Shown: positions 20,760-29,700 of the stretch, in pieces
Layout of the letters: every line of letters starts with the position of its first letter
Numbering within the stretch: position 1 is the first letter of the stretch
From: Spirochaetia bacterium
GTDB taxonomy: Bacteria > Spirochaetota > Spirochaetia > SZUA-6 > Bin103
Direction of reading: 5' to 3'
DNA: 64,000 nt
Assembly: GCA_965203905.1 (NCBI GenBank)
Contig: CBDBDQ010000005.1
Span: 1,056,001 to 1,120,000 of the forward strand
Notes under the pieces: generated by a model
Told to the model about the DNA's origin: nothing
Databases searched by the model: none
Seen by the model: the letters and a program-made list of their open reading frames with translations, nothing else
Position numbers and translations under genes: made by a program

Positions 20760-21893
20760 ATGGCCACGACTTTGACCGCCACCGTTGCGCCGTTCGAGAC
20801 CGCTGGTGTAGCCACGCACTTGGTGAGCTATTCGGCGCTCGACCGCTACTTTCGGGTGCCGGGACACCACGGCGAGCGCCTGCTTCACATATCCGCTGAC
20901 GCCACGGTAGCCGAGATCGCGCCGCTGGTGGACGAGCTGCAGTTCGGCGGCGGTCCGCTGGTCGACGCGATGACGCTGCATCGCGGGACGCGGCTGTGCG
21001 TGCGCTGCAACGACAGCGGTGAAGCGGGCGGTTTCCCTTTTACCGTACAGCAGCTCCGCTTCGACCCGCGGCGCGAGGTGTTCCTCGACCCGGACGCGAT
21101 CTACTACGACCTGCGCCGGCCCGAGCTGGTGCGCCGCCCTGCCGGCCTGGAGTGGTGGCAGGTGATCGCCGAGGCCGCGCAGCTCACCTCCCGCTATCAC
21201 TTCGCCTTCGTTCCCGACCGGAAGTGGAGCGGCGCGGGAGTGCCGCCGGCGTCCGTGGAGTATCAGCGCCGCCTGCTGGAGCAGATCCTCACCGGCCGCG
21301 CACCGGAGCGGGGGCTGCGCCTGCTGCACGAGACCGGGATCGTGGACAGTTGGTGGCCGGAGCTGGCGGCAATGGCGAACGTGCCCCACTCCAAGGATCA
21401 TCACCCAGAAGGGGACGTGTGGGAGCACACCCTGGCGACCTTCGCCCATCGCAAGTCCCCCGACCTGCTGCTGTCGCTCGGCTTGCTGCTGCACGACGTG
21501 GGCAAGCCGCAGGCGGTCCCGCACGGGGACAAGCGGTTCTACGCCCACGCCGAGATCGGCGAGCGCATCGGGCGCCGCTTCCTGACCCGCCTCGGCTTCG
21601 CGCCACGGCTCATCGACGGGGTGGCGTTCCTCGGCCGCAACCACATGATGCCGGCCGCCCTCGGACGGGTGCGCCCCGAGCACGCCGAGGAGCTGATGAG
21701 CTCCGACCTGTTCCCCCACCTGCTGGAGCTGTACCGGGCCGACATGCTCTCCAGCTTCGCCCGTCCCGAGCCCTACTACCACGCCTGCCGCCTCTACCAG
21801 CGTCACCTCCGCGGCCGCCCCCTCCCGCAACGCACCAGCAACCCCGGCCGCCGCCGCGGCCCCCGCCCCCGCGCCCGCCGCTTCAAGGGTTGA
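20760..21893 (+). CDS. HD-domain protein of the CCA-adding/poly(A) polymerase family with a degenerate nucleotidyltransferase head
   Basis: GLRLLHETG....WPEL, HHPEGDVWEHTL, LLHDVGKP, FYAHAEIG, NHM and AD motifs; the head lacks GG..RD, DxD and RRDF. Confidence 0.8.
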   Translation: MATTLTATVAPFETAGVATHLVSYSALDRYFRVPGHHGERLLHISADATVAEIAPLVDELQFGGGPLVDAMTLHRGTRLCVRCNDSGEAGGFPFTVQQLRFDPRREVFLDPDAIYYDLRRPELVRRPAGLEWWQVIAEAAQLTSRYHFAFVPDRKWSGAGVPPASVEYQRRLLEQILTGRAPERGLRLLHETGIVDSWWPELAAMANVPHSKDHHPEGDVWEHTLATFAHRKSPDLLLSLGLLLHDVGKPQAVPHGDKRFYAHAEIGERIGRRFLTRLGFAPRLIDGVAFLGRNHMMPAALGRVRPEHAEELMSSDLFPHLLELYRADMLSSFARPEPYYHACRLYQRHLRGRPLPQRTSNPGRRRGPRPRARRFKG

Positions 21894-21894
21894 T

Positions 21895-21965
21895 TATCAG
21901 TTTTTCAGATATTGATGTCTCTTGCTGTAACATTGTCACAACCTATCAGTCTCTGCCATATTGAT
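21895..21965. promoter_or_regulatory. Pair of 22-bp imperfect direct repeats (TATCAGT...ATATTGAT), each with an ATCA-N13-TGAT dyad, upstream of fic
   Basis: 21895-21916 and 21944-21965, 17/22 identical; the second overlaps a TTGTCA-N18-CATATT promoter-like element. Confidence 0.55.
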
Positions 21966-21970
21966 AGATC

Positions 21971-23311
21971 GTGAAGCTGCCCCGCACGCCGCCACCACTG
22001 CCCGTGCTCCTTGCCGAGCATCATCACCGCCTCGACAAGGTGATCGGCCACGGCTCGGGTCCTGCCGCCGAAGGCCGCTATCTGCATTGGGACAAGCTGC
22101 GTTTTCTTGCTGTCCCTGCCGGTCTGCGGAGTCACGAGGAATGGTGGCTTGGGGTCAAGCTGGCCCGCAAGGGCCTCTTTCGCGAGGTGCCACTACGGGA
22201 TACCAGCGGACGCCCGTTCGTGTACTTGCTGCCCGAACGGGCACAGGAGGTGCTGCACCGGATCGACAACCATGGCCGACGCTGGTTCGGCACCAGCACG
22301 ACGGGGACGCCGGGGGCGGCCAGTGGACACGCGCGCAGCGGGTTCATAGTCAACTCGTTGATCGAGGAGGCAATCGCGTCCAGTCAACTGGAAGGCGCTT
22401 CCACCACGCGGGCGGTGGCGGCGGAGATGATCCGCGCCGGCCGGCAGCCGCGGGACCGGAGCGAACAGATGATTCTCAACAACTACCGCGCGATGGAAGC
22501 GCTCCGGCGGCTGAAGGATGCGCCGCTCACGGAACGGGCGATGCTCAATTTGCATGCCACGATTGCCGCCGACACGCTCGACGACGCCGATGGTGCAGGC
22601 CGCCTGCAGCGTCCCACCGACCGGCGCGTACAGGTCTGGGACAACCGCGACCAGGCACTGCTCCATTCGCCACCGCCGGCGGAAGAGCTGCCGCGCCGGC
22701 TGCGGGAGATGGTCCGGTTCGCCAATGGCGCCGGCGACGGTTCGTTCCTGCACCCGGTGGTCCAGGCCATCATCCTGCACTTCTGGCTCGCCTACGATCA
22801 CCCGTTCGCGGACGGCAACGGCCGCACCGCCCGGGCGCTGTTCTACTGGATGATGCTGCGTCACCACTACGGGATGTTCGAATTTGCCTCGATCAGCAGC
22901 GTGATCGCCGCCGCCCCCGCTCAATACGCTCGCGCGTTTCTCCTCACGGAAACTGACGACAACGATCTCACCTACTTCATTGGGCACCAACTCGAGGTGA
23001 TGCTACGCGCCATTGCCAACCTGGAGGCGTACGTCGCTACCAAGGAGGGCCAGCTCCGGGAGATCGAGGAGACCCTGAAACGCTCCACCGACCTCAACCA
23101 GCGTCAGCTCGCCCTGCTGGCACACGCCATCCGCCACCCGGACGCCGAATACACGATCCGGTCGCACATGACCAGCCACGCCGTGGCCTACGCCACCGCC
23201 CGTGCCGACCTGTTCAGACTCGCCGATCTCGGCCTGCTCGAACGCCGCCGGGTCGGCCGCCGCAACTACCTGTTCTGGCCACCCCCCGACCTGGCGGACC
23301 GCGCCCGTTGA
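21971..23311 (+). CDS. Fic family protein with a C-terminal winged-helix-like domain
   Basis: HPFADGNGRTAR catalytic motif; inhibitory-type SSQLEG motif; C-terminal TARADL..L...GLL. Confidence 0.93.
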   Translation: MKLPRTPPPLPVLLAEHHHRLDKVIGHGSGPAAEGRYLHWDKLRFLAVPAGLRSHEEWWLGVKLARKGLFREVPLRDTSGRPFVYLLPERAQEVLHRIDNHGRRWFGTSTTGTPGAASGHARSGFIVNSLIEEAIASSQLEGASTTRAVAAEMIRAGRQPRDRSEQMILNNYRAMEALRRLKDAPLTERAMLNLHATIAADTLDDADGAGRLQRPTDRRVQVWDNRDQALLHSPPPAEELPRRLREMVRFANGAGDGSFLHPVVQAIILHFWLAYDHPFADGNGRTARALFYWMMLRHHYGMFEFASISSVIAAAPAQYARAFLLTETDDNDLTYFIGHQLEVMLRAIANLEAYVATKEGQLREIEETLKRSTDLNQRQLALLAHAIRHPDAEYTIRSHMTSHAVAYATARADLFRLADLGLLERRRVGRRNYLFWPPPDLADRAR

Positions 23312-23375
23312 TGGCGGATTGAAAGCACGGGTTTCAATTTGCCAGGCTGGATATCGACGCGCTATCCTGTCCGGC

Positions 23376-24578
23376 ATGTATCGGCGAACCCTCGACGCGC
23401 GGCTGCGGCGTCTGGCCGGCCAGTTCCCGGCGTTGTTCCTGACCGGGCCGCGGCAGTCGGGCAAGACGACGCTCGCGCGGGCGGTGTTCGAGAGCCACGA
23501 CTATCTGAACCTGGAGGATCCAGTCACCCGGGACCATGCGCTCGACGATCCGCGCGGACTCCTTGCGCGGCACCGCTCGGGAGTGATCCTGGACGAGGTG
23601 CAGCGAGCGCCGGATCTGCTCTCTTTCATTCAGGTCCTGGTGGACGAGGATCCGACGCCCGGCCGATACATTCTTACCGGCTCCCAGCAGCTACCCCTCA
23701 CCCGCTCGGTGAGCCAGACGCTGGCCGGCCGGGCAGCGGTGTGCGTGCTGCTGCCGCTCGCCTGGTCCGAGCTGACCGGAACGGCTACCGGCGATCCGTG
23801 GAAACCGGACGCGCCGACGGACACGGATACCCCCGCACCGCCTGGCATCGACCTGGAGGCGATGCTCTACCAGGGCCTGTTCCCGCGCATCCACGACCGC
23901 AGGCTCGATGCCGCGGACTGGTACTCGTCCTACTACACCACCTACGTGCAGCGCGACGTGCGTGACCTGGGCGGCGTGGGCGATCTGGACACCTTCCACC
24001 GCTTCATGCAGCTCTGTGCGGGCAGAAGCGGGCAGCTTCTGAACCTCTCGTCGCTCGGTTCCGATTGCGGCGTCTCGCATACCACGGCCAGCGCCTGGAT
24101 CTCCGTGCTGCAGGAGCTGTTCGTGGTCCACCTGCTGCCCCCGCATCACCGCAATTTCTCCAAACGGGTAATCAAGAGCCCCAAGCTCTACTTCCTGGAT
24201 ACCGGCCTGCTGTGCAATCTGCTGCGCATACAGGATCCCGAACAGATCGCCCTGCACGCCAATCGCGGCGCGATTTTCGAGACCTTCGTGGTCGGAGAAT
24301 TTCTGAAGGCATTCACCCACCGGGGCATCGGCTCGCCACTGTACTTCTGGCGCGACCGCACCGGTCACGAGGTCGATCTGGTGATCGACGACGGCACGCG
24401 CCTGCTGCCGGTAGAGATCAAGGCCGGCCTCACGCTCAGCGGCGGGCTCTACGATGGCCTGGACTGGTTCTGCGCCCGTGGCGACCCGGCTGCCGGTCAT
24501 GGGGTCCTGGTATACGGAGGCGAGGAGTGGTACCGGCGGCGCGGCCACCTCACCCGGCCGTGGCACGCATGCGTCTGA
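23376..24578 (+). CDS. AAA_14 ATPase with DUF4143 (PD-(D/E)xK-like) C-terminus
   Basis: GPRQSGKTT, ILDEVQRAP, LTGSQ, KSPKLYFLDTGL and WRDRTGHEVDLV...PVEIK motifs. Confidence 0.92.
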   Translation: MYRRTLDARLRRLAGQFPALFLTGPRQSGKTTLARAVFESHDYLNLEDPVTRDHALDDPRGLLARHRSGVILDEVQRAPDLLSFIQVLVDEDPTPGRYILTGSQQLPLTRSVSQTLAGRAAVCVLLPLAWSELTGTATGDPWKPDAPTDTDTPAPPGIDLEAMLYQGLFPRIHDRRLDAADWYSSYYTTYVQRDVRDLGGVGDLDTFHRFMQLCAGRSGQLLNLSSLGSDCGVSHTTASAWISVLQELFVVHLLPPHHRNFSKRVIKSPKLYFLDTGLLCNLLRIQDPEQIALHANRGAIFETFVVGEFLKAFTHRGIGSPLYFWRDRTGHEVDLVIDDGTRLLPVEIKAGLTLSGGLYDGLDWFCARGDPAAGHGVLVYGGEEWYRRRGHLTRPWHACV

Positions 24579-24874
24579 CGCGCGTGCCCGATCTCCGCTG
24601 TTATCGCTGACACGCTCCCGTAAGGGCAAATCGTTCGCGAAGCGCTTGCCATCAATACTGTTGCCAACCATATTGTTGCCAACGTTTCCGTTACGATGAC
24701 GATGGCGTCATGATTGCTGACGTGCTGCGGGTGCTTGAGCATGACCGGCTAGTACCGGAAATGGCGCAAAGAATCCTGGCCGAGTCGTAGTTGTTTCCGG
24801 GCCCGCGTGCGGCGCCAAGGATCTCGCCCTCCCATGCCTCGATCGACCGGGATGTGCGTGCGGCTGACTTCCCA

Positions 24875-26167
24875 TCAACCCGATGGCCATACGGAACTTG
24901 AGATCTCGACAATGCGGTGGTTCTGGATCTGATATCGGACCACCCAGCTCGATACCCCCAACTCCGCGGCGAACCCGTCAACAGTCTCGCCGTCGACCAG
25001 TATGGCGCTCCCCACCTGAGTACGGAGCCATTCGGCCGGTGCGAGAAACTCGGCCGCGAACGCCCGCGATCTTGCTTGCCGAGCGGTCTCGAGCGTCCCG
25101 AGAATCGCGGGCCCGCTTTCGTCGCGCCCTATGTAGTCGCCGAGCGCCCGTGCTAGAAGAAATCGCTTGCCCGCCTCGGTCCTGCGGACCACCACGCACG
25201 AAGGAGAATCGGACGCCACGCACCCTTGGATTCGCGGCGACGGCGATTCCTCGACGTCGTCACTCCAGATCGCGCAAGGTCCATCCTGCGCGAATTCGAA
25301 CCGCCCAGGGCCGTCGGCAAGTACCCCACGGACTGCGCGGGCGTCGACGTATCCCTGCCGCCATGGCAGGTCCTCACTCACGCCGGCGCGCCGGATGGCG
25401 TTCCGCACGGTCTTCCAGTCGTCGCCGCTGTGCGCCTGTTCCGCAGATTCGAGCCAACACTCAAGCCAATCTTGGATCGCTACGAGCGAGTGCTCCTGCG
25501 CTGCACCCAGCGCTTCTTCGCGAATCGCAGGATCCGTTTGATTCCATACCCGGGCAATCCGTTCGGCCGTATTGACTTCAATGTCAAAAGGATCGAGGCC
25601 CATGAGGGCGGTGGCCTTGCAGAACTCCCGTTCATTGGAATCAAGCGACTCGATCGCGCGCCACTCGGACTCCAGTGCTTCGAACGGCGTCCGCTTTGCT
25701 CGGAGCCGCGCGATTACGTCGCCAACCAGAGAGCGGAACTCCCGTTCCAGCTCATGACGAGCGAACATAACGTCACACTCCCCGCGGAACTCCAGTGGCG
25801 CGTGCCTCGGAGTCCAGCCACGGGCGACCACTCGAATCTGTCTTCCCACCGGAACCAGGGTCAGGCTAGGAAGGACGAAACCGTTTCCCGCGTAGGCGAG
25901 ATCGTGTCTCGACCGAAATCCCGGTCTCTGGTCTCCCGATACGCTGGCGGCCTCGTACCACAAGTGCCACCAATTGGCGGCCAGCCACTCGGCTACGTAC
26001 GCGAGAGGCACATAGATGTGATCACGATAGTCCTTCAGGAAGCGATCGTATACTGACGTAACGATCTGGTCCCCAACCTTGATGAAAACGCGTGCCATCG
26101 TGTGCTGCGAAACGCGGTCAGGAGATGGTTCCGTGCCGTCGCACCACTCGTACTGAATGTTCGACAT
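24875..26167 (-). CDS. Protein with a C-terminal ImmA/IrrE (DUF955)-like domain lacking HExxH
   Basis: 430 aa; GKRFLLARALGDYI where RFxxAHELGH is expected; QARSRAFAAEFLAP; C-terminal helix AELGVSSWVVRYQIQN. Confidence 0.65.
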   Translation of the reverse strand: MSNIQYEWCDGTEPSPDRVSQHTMARVFIKVGDQIVTSVYDRFLKDYRDHIYVPLAYVAEWLAANWWHLWYEAASVSGDQRPGFRSRHDLAYAGNGFVLPSLTLVPVGRQIRVVARGWTPRHAPLEFRGECDVMFARHELEREFRSLVGDVIARLRAKRTPFEALESEWRAIESLDSNEREFCKATALMGLDPFDIEVNTAERIARVWNQTDPAIREEALGAAQEHSLVAIQDWLECWLESAEQAHSGDDWKTVRNAIRRAGVSEDLPWRQGYVDARAVRGVLADGPGRFEFAQDGPCAIWSDDVEESPSPRIQGCVASDSPSCVVVRRTEAGKRFLLARALGDYIGRDESGPAILGTLETARQARSRAFAAEFLAPAEWLRTQVGSAILVDGETVDGFAAELGVSSWVVRYQIQNHRIVEISSSVWPSG

Positions 26168-26343
26168 TACCCGAGGCCTTCCACGAACTGATGAGGCTCC
26201 AAGGGATAGCCGTGGTATTCGCCAGATCCCGGAGTTCCGTGCCTTGCCTCAAAGACCTCGTCGAGCGAAACGTGAGCGGGCACCGGTAGGACCTTTCGTC
26301 CCTTGGGGTTGTGGCGTCGGCGCTGCGTCGGGCGGGCGGACAT
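26167..26343 (-). pseudogene. Small basic ORF ending in GEYHGYP, probably an internally deleted partner of the IrrE-like gene
   Basis: MSARPTQRRRHNPKGRK...SLDE|VFEARHGTPGSGEYHGYPLE; TAATG coupling to the downstream gene; only 58 aa. Confidence 0.45.
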
Positions 26344-26713
26344 AGCAGTAGGACCGTCACGTACCATCATTCCCGACACGTACGCCTCTGACAACAAGCA
26401 AGCGGTAGTGGCTGGCTGCGAGCACTGAGCCGCGGCGGGCGACCTTGCAGCAGCCGCTACCCGACGGTCGTCGGGTCGTCGGCACGTTGGATGCCACTCA
26501 CCTGACAAGTGCGCTACCGTCCATGAACGGCGCACCCGCCAGATCGACGAGTTCCTTACCCACTGGCTGGCAGTTGTGACGGCCCTTCCTGCCCGAGGCG
26601 GACGTGCGCAGCAAACTTGCCCGAACGAGAAGGGTAGGCGGACAAGGACAAGAATAGCCGGTGGCCCATGTGCGGCAGTAGATTCGGTCGCTGCTGTTTC
26701 CATAGATGTCGAG

Positions 26714-29700
26714 ATGAGCGAAGCGAACCCAAAGGAGATACGCGGTCCCGCAACAGGCGATGGCGACACTGATGCGGTGGCTCCAGCCGTGGGCATGAGC
26801 CCCTACGCTACCGGCGGTGGCGGCGTAACCTTCGAGCGGAAGGTAGCGGTCCAGTACCTCGCTCACTTACTTGTTGGCGATGGTGCGAGCGAACTCGGAG
26901 ACGGCCGCCGTGTCGTGAGCGTCGCGTTCCAGCAGGCCCCGGACCACGCGGTCGACGATCTAGTGGTGTACGCAGCACGCCCCGACGAGTTGCGGCCGTC
27001 GTTGGTGCTCGCCCTCGGTATCCGGCGTTCGCCGAGGTTCGTACCGAGTGACCAGTCGACGCAAGAGCTTGTCCGACAATTCGTCCGTACTTTGCTCGAC
27101 GCCTCAACGGACGGACCGGAACACCGGTTCGGCATCGTTGTCGCGGGACCACAATCGCACGCCGAGCAACTGGCGAGGCTGGCCGACCTTGCCAAAGACC
27201 AGTTGGACGCGCCCGGCTTCTTCGGTCTCGTCCGCACGCCACACAAGTTCGAAGCTGCCGTTCGCGGCAGGCTCGATCAACTCGCGAAACTCCTGGAGCG
27301 CGCGCTACGCGACCTCGGCGTGGACAACGCCGACGTAGCGCAGGTAGAGCGGTGCGCGTGGGAGCTGCTCTCGCGGCTTTCCGTCTTGATGCCGCGGATC
27401 GAGTCACCGGACGACACGGACTGGCCGGCCGTAGCGAACAGCCTAATTCCGGTAGCGCGGGGTTCTGATCTCACAGCAGCGTCGGCACTTTGCGATCGGC
27501 TCGTCACCCTTGCCGGTGAGTATTCGCCGAAGTCTGCGCGAGTCGATCTCAAGCTGTTGCGACGCGACGTGCACGCAATACTCGACTCGGCGACGCGACG
27601 TCACAAGCAGGGCTGGCAGGCGCTCGAACATCTCCACCGCAGGGCGGTTGCATCGGTGCGCCACGAGATCACTGCGAGTGGCGACGGGCGCCGCATACGC
27701 CTGGATCGAAGCGATGCGGTCGCGAAGCTGGTTGCAACTGCGAGGGACGCCCTGGCGGTCGTCGCATGCGGAGAGTCAGGTGTAGGCAAGAGCGCACTCA
27801 CGATCTTGGGCATCACCGCAATGTGCACTGCTGACCTGGACAGCCTGCAGGCGTTGTGCATCAATCTTCGCCACACCCCCAAGCTGACGGTCGAGTTCGA
27901 GGCCACTTTGGGCTGCCCGCTCTCGGCAATTCTGGGCGAACTGAGTGCACCGCAACGCATGCTCATCGTTGACGGCGCAGACGCCGTGGCGGAAGGGATG
28001 GAAGACGCATTCCGCTACCTGGTTGACGCAGCTCGGGAAAGCGACGTAAAGGTAGTCGCCGTTACCTCGGTCGATAGCGCGCAGGTCGTGCGAGACATAC
28101 TCACCGAGCGCTTCGGCACCGGTGTCGCGGACCATTCCGTTGCCTCACTTACCGACAGCGAGATAGACGAAATCGTTCGGACCTTCCCCGAGCTGAGCAA
28201 GCTCAATGCCAATGCCCGGTCCCGTGAACTCCTGCGCCGGCTTGTCCTGGCCGATCTGCTTGTTCGTGGTCGCGTCCGCGACGTTCCGCTGACCGAGGCA
28301 GACGCGATGCGAGAGGTATGGTCCGGGCTCGTCCGCCGACACGAGAAGTCCGACAGAGGAGATCCCGACGCGCGGGAGGTGGCACTCCTTCGACTCGCCG
28401 ATCTCGACCTTACGGGCGGCGAACGCTTCGGAGTCATCAGGGAGATTGATCCCGCTGCTCTCCACGGTTTGCGCCACGACGGACTACTGCGAACTTCGCC
28501 GGACGATCCGTTCACGATCGGTCCCGAGTTCGCGCACGACGAAGTGCGACGCTACGCGGTCGCAAGACTTCTGCTGTCCGGCGACACCCCAGCTTCGAGA
28601 ATCCTGAAAGCTGGCGCGCCGCGCTGGTCGCTATCGGCAGCCCGACTCGCGAGTGAGGCATGGTTGGGGCGGCTCGACACCAGCAGTACTCCGATGGGGG
28701 GCAGGCTCGGTGTGTTGCAGGCATCGTTTGACCGGCTCGTCGACGCTGGCCATGGAGCTCGCTGGGGGGACGTACCCGGTGAAGCCCTGCTGTCGACTGC
28801 CGATCCCCAGGCGCTGCTCCGGAGAGCGTGGCCCGGTCTGCTTGCCGATGACGCCGCGGGCCTGCGGCGGCTTGCCCGTCTGGTTGACCAGCGACACCGC
28901 GATGAGAATGGCATCGTCAACCTCGCCACCGTTGAGCCCATCATCACGCGGGTGCTTGAGGACGGAAGACCATGGCGTTTCGGCGAGTACGCCCAGGACC
29001 TGCTACGGGACTGGTTACGAGCACATGTGATTGCCAAGACTGTCACCGGCCATCCGCTACGCACCCTGCTTCGCGAGCGCCTGGTTGAGGCGTGCGCAGC
29101 AGGTGACCGTCGCCTTGCAAAGGAGCGGGAGGCCGAACTTGCGAGAAGCCCAGCCGAAGAGAGGCCGCTGGGGCCAAAACGGACAAATCTGCTGCCCTTG
29201 GGGTTCCTCCTTCCCACTCTTCGGCGGCTTTTCGGCCAAGCCTCAAAGGGCTCTGCCCGCACGCCAAAGGAAGTCGAGAAGGCGCGCCGGTTCGCCAAGC
29301 GCCACAAGCTCTTCGCGGAGATCGGCGACGGTGGCAGGCGCCGCAGACAACGACCGAGGGTTCCCCGCGAGATCACAGATGCGATCGTACTCGAACTGCT
29401 TGCACTGTGCGGTCCGGACCTTGGTAGCGACGGTGAGGCGATCCTCTGCCGAGTCGCGCGGGATGCACCGTCGTGGCTCGCTCCTGCTGTAGAGGAAGCC
29501 TTTACGGGACGCGCACTCGGCAACTATGGCCGTGGCCTTCTGGCCCGTCTGACCGAGGCGTACTATCTCGATGACGAGTCCAGCGGTTCCAGGTTCGGTG
29601 ACGACGGGATCCACCGTCACCGTGCTCGGAGCTTCGGTATTTTCCACCAGTTCGCGTATTTCCGTGGCCCGTTCATGCCACTCCTTCAGTCCGACTTCAG

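Noticed and set aside
21971-23311. Calling the Fic protein SoFic
   Set aside because: The catalytic motif alone cannot assign the subfamily; a profile search is needed.
26344-26866. 209-aa and 122-aa minus-strand ORFs upstream of the YHGYP ORF
   Set aside because: They overlap the STAND gene start on the opposite strand and have non-protein-like composition; only the last 58 codons look real.
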